Below are positions 62,136 through 64,000 of a DNA stretch of 64,000 bases, one piece after another. A model generated the notes under the pieces. It ran no database searches. It was not told the DNA's origin and saw only the letters and a program-made list of their open reading frames with translations. A program made the position numbers and the translations under genes. This stretch comes from Mobula hypostoma. Its lineage: Eukaryota. The DNA lies in NCBI RefSeq assembly GCF_963921235.1, contig NC_086097.1:151840001-151904000 (forward strand). The letters run 5' to 3'. Every line of letters begins with the position of its first letter. Positions within the stretch are counted from its first letter, which is position 1.

Positions 62136-63339
62136 TCGAGATCTTGTAACATTCTGCTGACCTGTAATCACACTTTAGGCTTGTTAATGTTACTTTAGGC
62201 ATTTAACATCTTACTTGCTTTACTGATTATTATGCTGTGGCTGTTGGATATTTTTCACATCATGCACAGTTATGGTCTATGGTTGCCTTAGCTGTGTCAG
62301 CACCAATTGTGATCACTTTATGTGCTTTTATTTTCTACATTCCTATTTCTATAAACTTAAAAAAGGAGGCAATGCAGACAGAATTTTTTAATCCTTCAAT
62401 TCTTCCACCCAACCATCATTTTCTTTTTCTCCTTATTCCACCCAACATTCCCTGGATGAAAGACAACCACATAGTCTGGATTTGGATCTCTGCCACCGCT
62501 GATGCAATGGGTACGCGAGCAGTCTGTCAGTGACTCATTTTCTCTCTCACAGTATAGGAAGAAGTGCTTGGCAGGGATGAAATCAATGTCTTGTGGTGGA
62601 GTGAATTTGTTAGATTGAGCCTGGAGCTTCATGGTGGAATGTACTTGTGCCAGCATACCTCCTCCTGATAGTTCGCACAATAAATGCAGCCATCTGGCTT
62701 GCAAATTCAATGTGGTTGAGCTACAGTGTGAGCTCTGCTCTACAGTAACTGAAAAAAATCCTGTCCTAGGGTAATATACTTTTTCTTAAAATGGAAAAAA
62801 ATAGGAAGATAAAGGATTCTGATTCTTCTCCTTAACTAACATTCTACTAATGAAATTGCTTGAAACAGTGACATTCAATTTTGTATTACTTCAGTTTTAT
62901 TACGTGATCTCTCCAACTGATTCAAAGGCTTCAGTGGCAGATGATTGCTGTCAACATGCCCTCACTCCCTATGATCTAGACGATGTCTTTAACGGTAATT
63001 TTCTAAGAATGTAAAATTCTCAGTAAGTCATTAATTTCTGAAGAAGCCAGACAGACATACTCAATTTCTTATTGAGTCAGGGATTTTATCCTTTTACACA
63101 GCCAACTTTAATCTTTTTCATTGTAACCATCAGTAAATATTTGGTTTCTAGTTGTGATGGATGCAAAGTGTCTGATTTGTTAGATGAAAGTTCCAAGCTT
63201 TTATTTCCAATGTGCAGCTGTTTAATTATACGCAAGACAAGACAGTCTAATTTTCACAGAAATTAAGTTGCATTTAAAATCAAATGATTTTTTTGCAATG
63301 AAAGATTAACTCATTTCTTTTACTAGAACTGCAGATTCT

Positions 63340-63620
63340 GATTGTGTTTAAAGTGATGACAGAAGTAACCTGTTTCCACTAGTTGGGAAATCAGAAATGA
63401 GATGAAATGTAGGCTTTAGAAGAGGGCACAGGAAAATTCTTCACTGCAGGGAGGTGTGAATGTTGGCAGATATTTGAGGTTAAATAAATCGCTTGAACTC
63501 CTTTGCCATCACCAATGTTGGAACATAGCATATGAATGCAAATATAATCATTTACTTACTTGGATGAATAGCTCAGAGGCAGACTGAATGATTTATTTCT
63601 ATGTTGTATCTTCTCTTTGC
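63340..63620 (+). mobile_element. Very old CR1 3' remnant
   Basis: 'CTGTTTCCACTAGTTGGGAAATCAGAA', 'GGAAAATTCTTCAC', 'CTCAGAGGCAGACTGAATG'. Confidence 0.55.
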
Positions 63621-63739
63621 TTCTGTGTGCTTATAATTTGTCGATGTTATGTACAGTACAGTAGCATGGCATCATTCATTGAAGCTTGTGGAAGGAGAGG
63701 CCTTACAGTCAGCATCTTTGTGATAAAGGTTCTTCACTA

Positions 63740-64000
63740 AACTGCCCCTTTTGCACAATACATTCCTCTGATAACAAACGTTCTTGGAGAGATCCCAGAA
63801 AATTGGACAACTTCCCATATTCTATATACAACAGAAACAGATCTTGGGCATAAGGAAACATCAATGACAAAACTCACTATCCTTTTCAATACATCAGCAG
63901 ATCCTTTGGTCAATGGAGGTAAAAGATATATTTCAAGTCGGGACTGTAGATTTGGCATAAAATTTCTGATTAACTGTGCAACAGTGAGTGTGCCCTCCCG
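63740..64000 (+). mobile_element. Ancient LINE RT N-terminal remnant
   Basis: 'GEIPENWTTSHI' resembles the G.IP..W..A.I.PI motif that precedes NYRPISL in LINE RTs. Confidence 0.5.

Noticed and set aside
62396..62770. 104-aa minus ORF and exon-like plus segment
   Set aside because: No recognisable protein motif or consistent splice/frame solution.
1..64000. CRISPR arrays, tRNA/rRNA genes, prokaryotic operons
   Set aside because: None seen; the sequence is eukaryotic and tRNA-like boxes occur only as degenerate SINE heads.

Overview
Eukaryotic, repeat-dominated DNA with no confidently identifiable host gene. The repeat spectrum (abundant CR1 LINEs, HE1-like tRNA SINEs, Deu-domain SINEs, Rex1/Babar, Penelope) suggests intronic or intergenic sequence of a cartilaginous fish, probably a ray; this is inference. 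Almost all ORF-track entries are transposon fragments or their antisense shadows. Main content: about 10 CR1 copies (one 712-aa EN+RT ORF; one originally full-length copy with an esterase ORF1, split by nested insertions), a near-full-length Rex1/Babar LINE plus many 3' fragments, an R4/Dong-type restriction-like-endonuclease LINE fragment, L2 remnants, a decayed Mag-like Gypsy provirus, a 721-bp solo LTR with a 4-bp TSD, a hAT transposase fossil and several Penelope (GIY-YIG) elements. The most notable non-obvious signal is a set of minimal type-I hammerhead ribozyme motifs from two Penelope families (best copies at 1686-1729 and 35259-35294, both minus strand). Several very short TSD-flanked Penelope-end insertions with inverted tails accompany them. 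Other unexplained items: a degenerate 33/66-bp repeat with coding-like periodicity, two candidate small exons, an AT-rich palindrome and a 40-bp distant duplication. Element boundaries were placed by eye and are approximate unless a TSD or TG..CA end is quoted.
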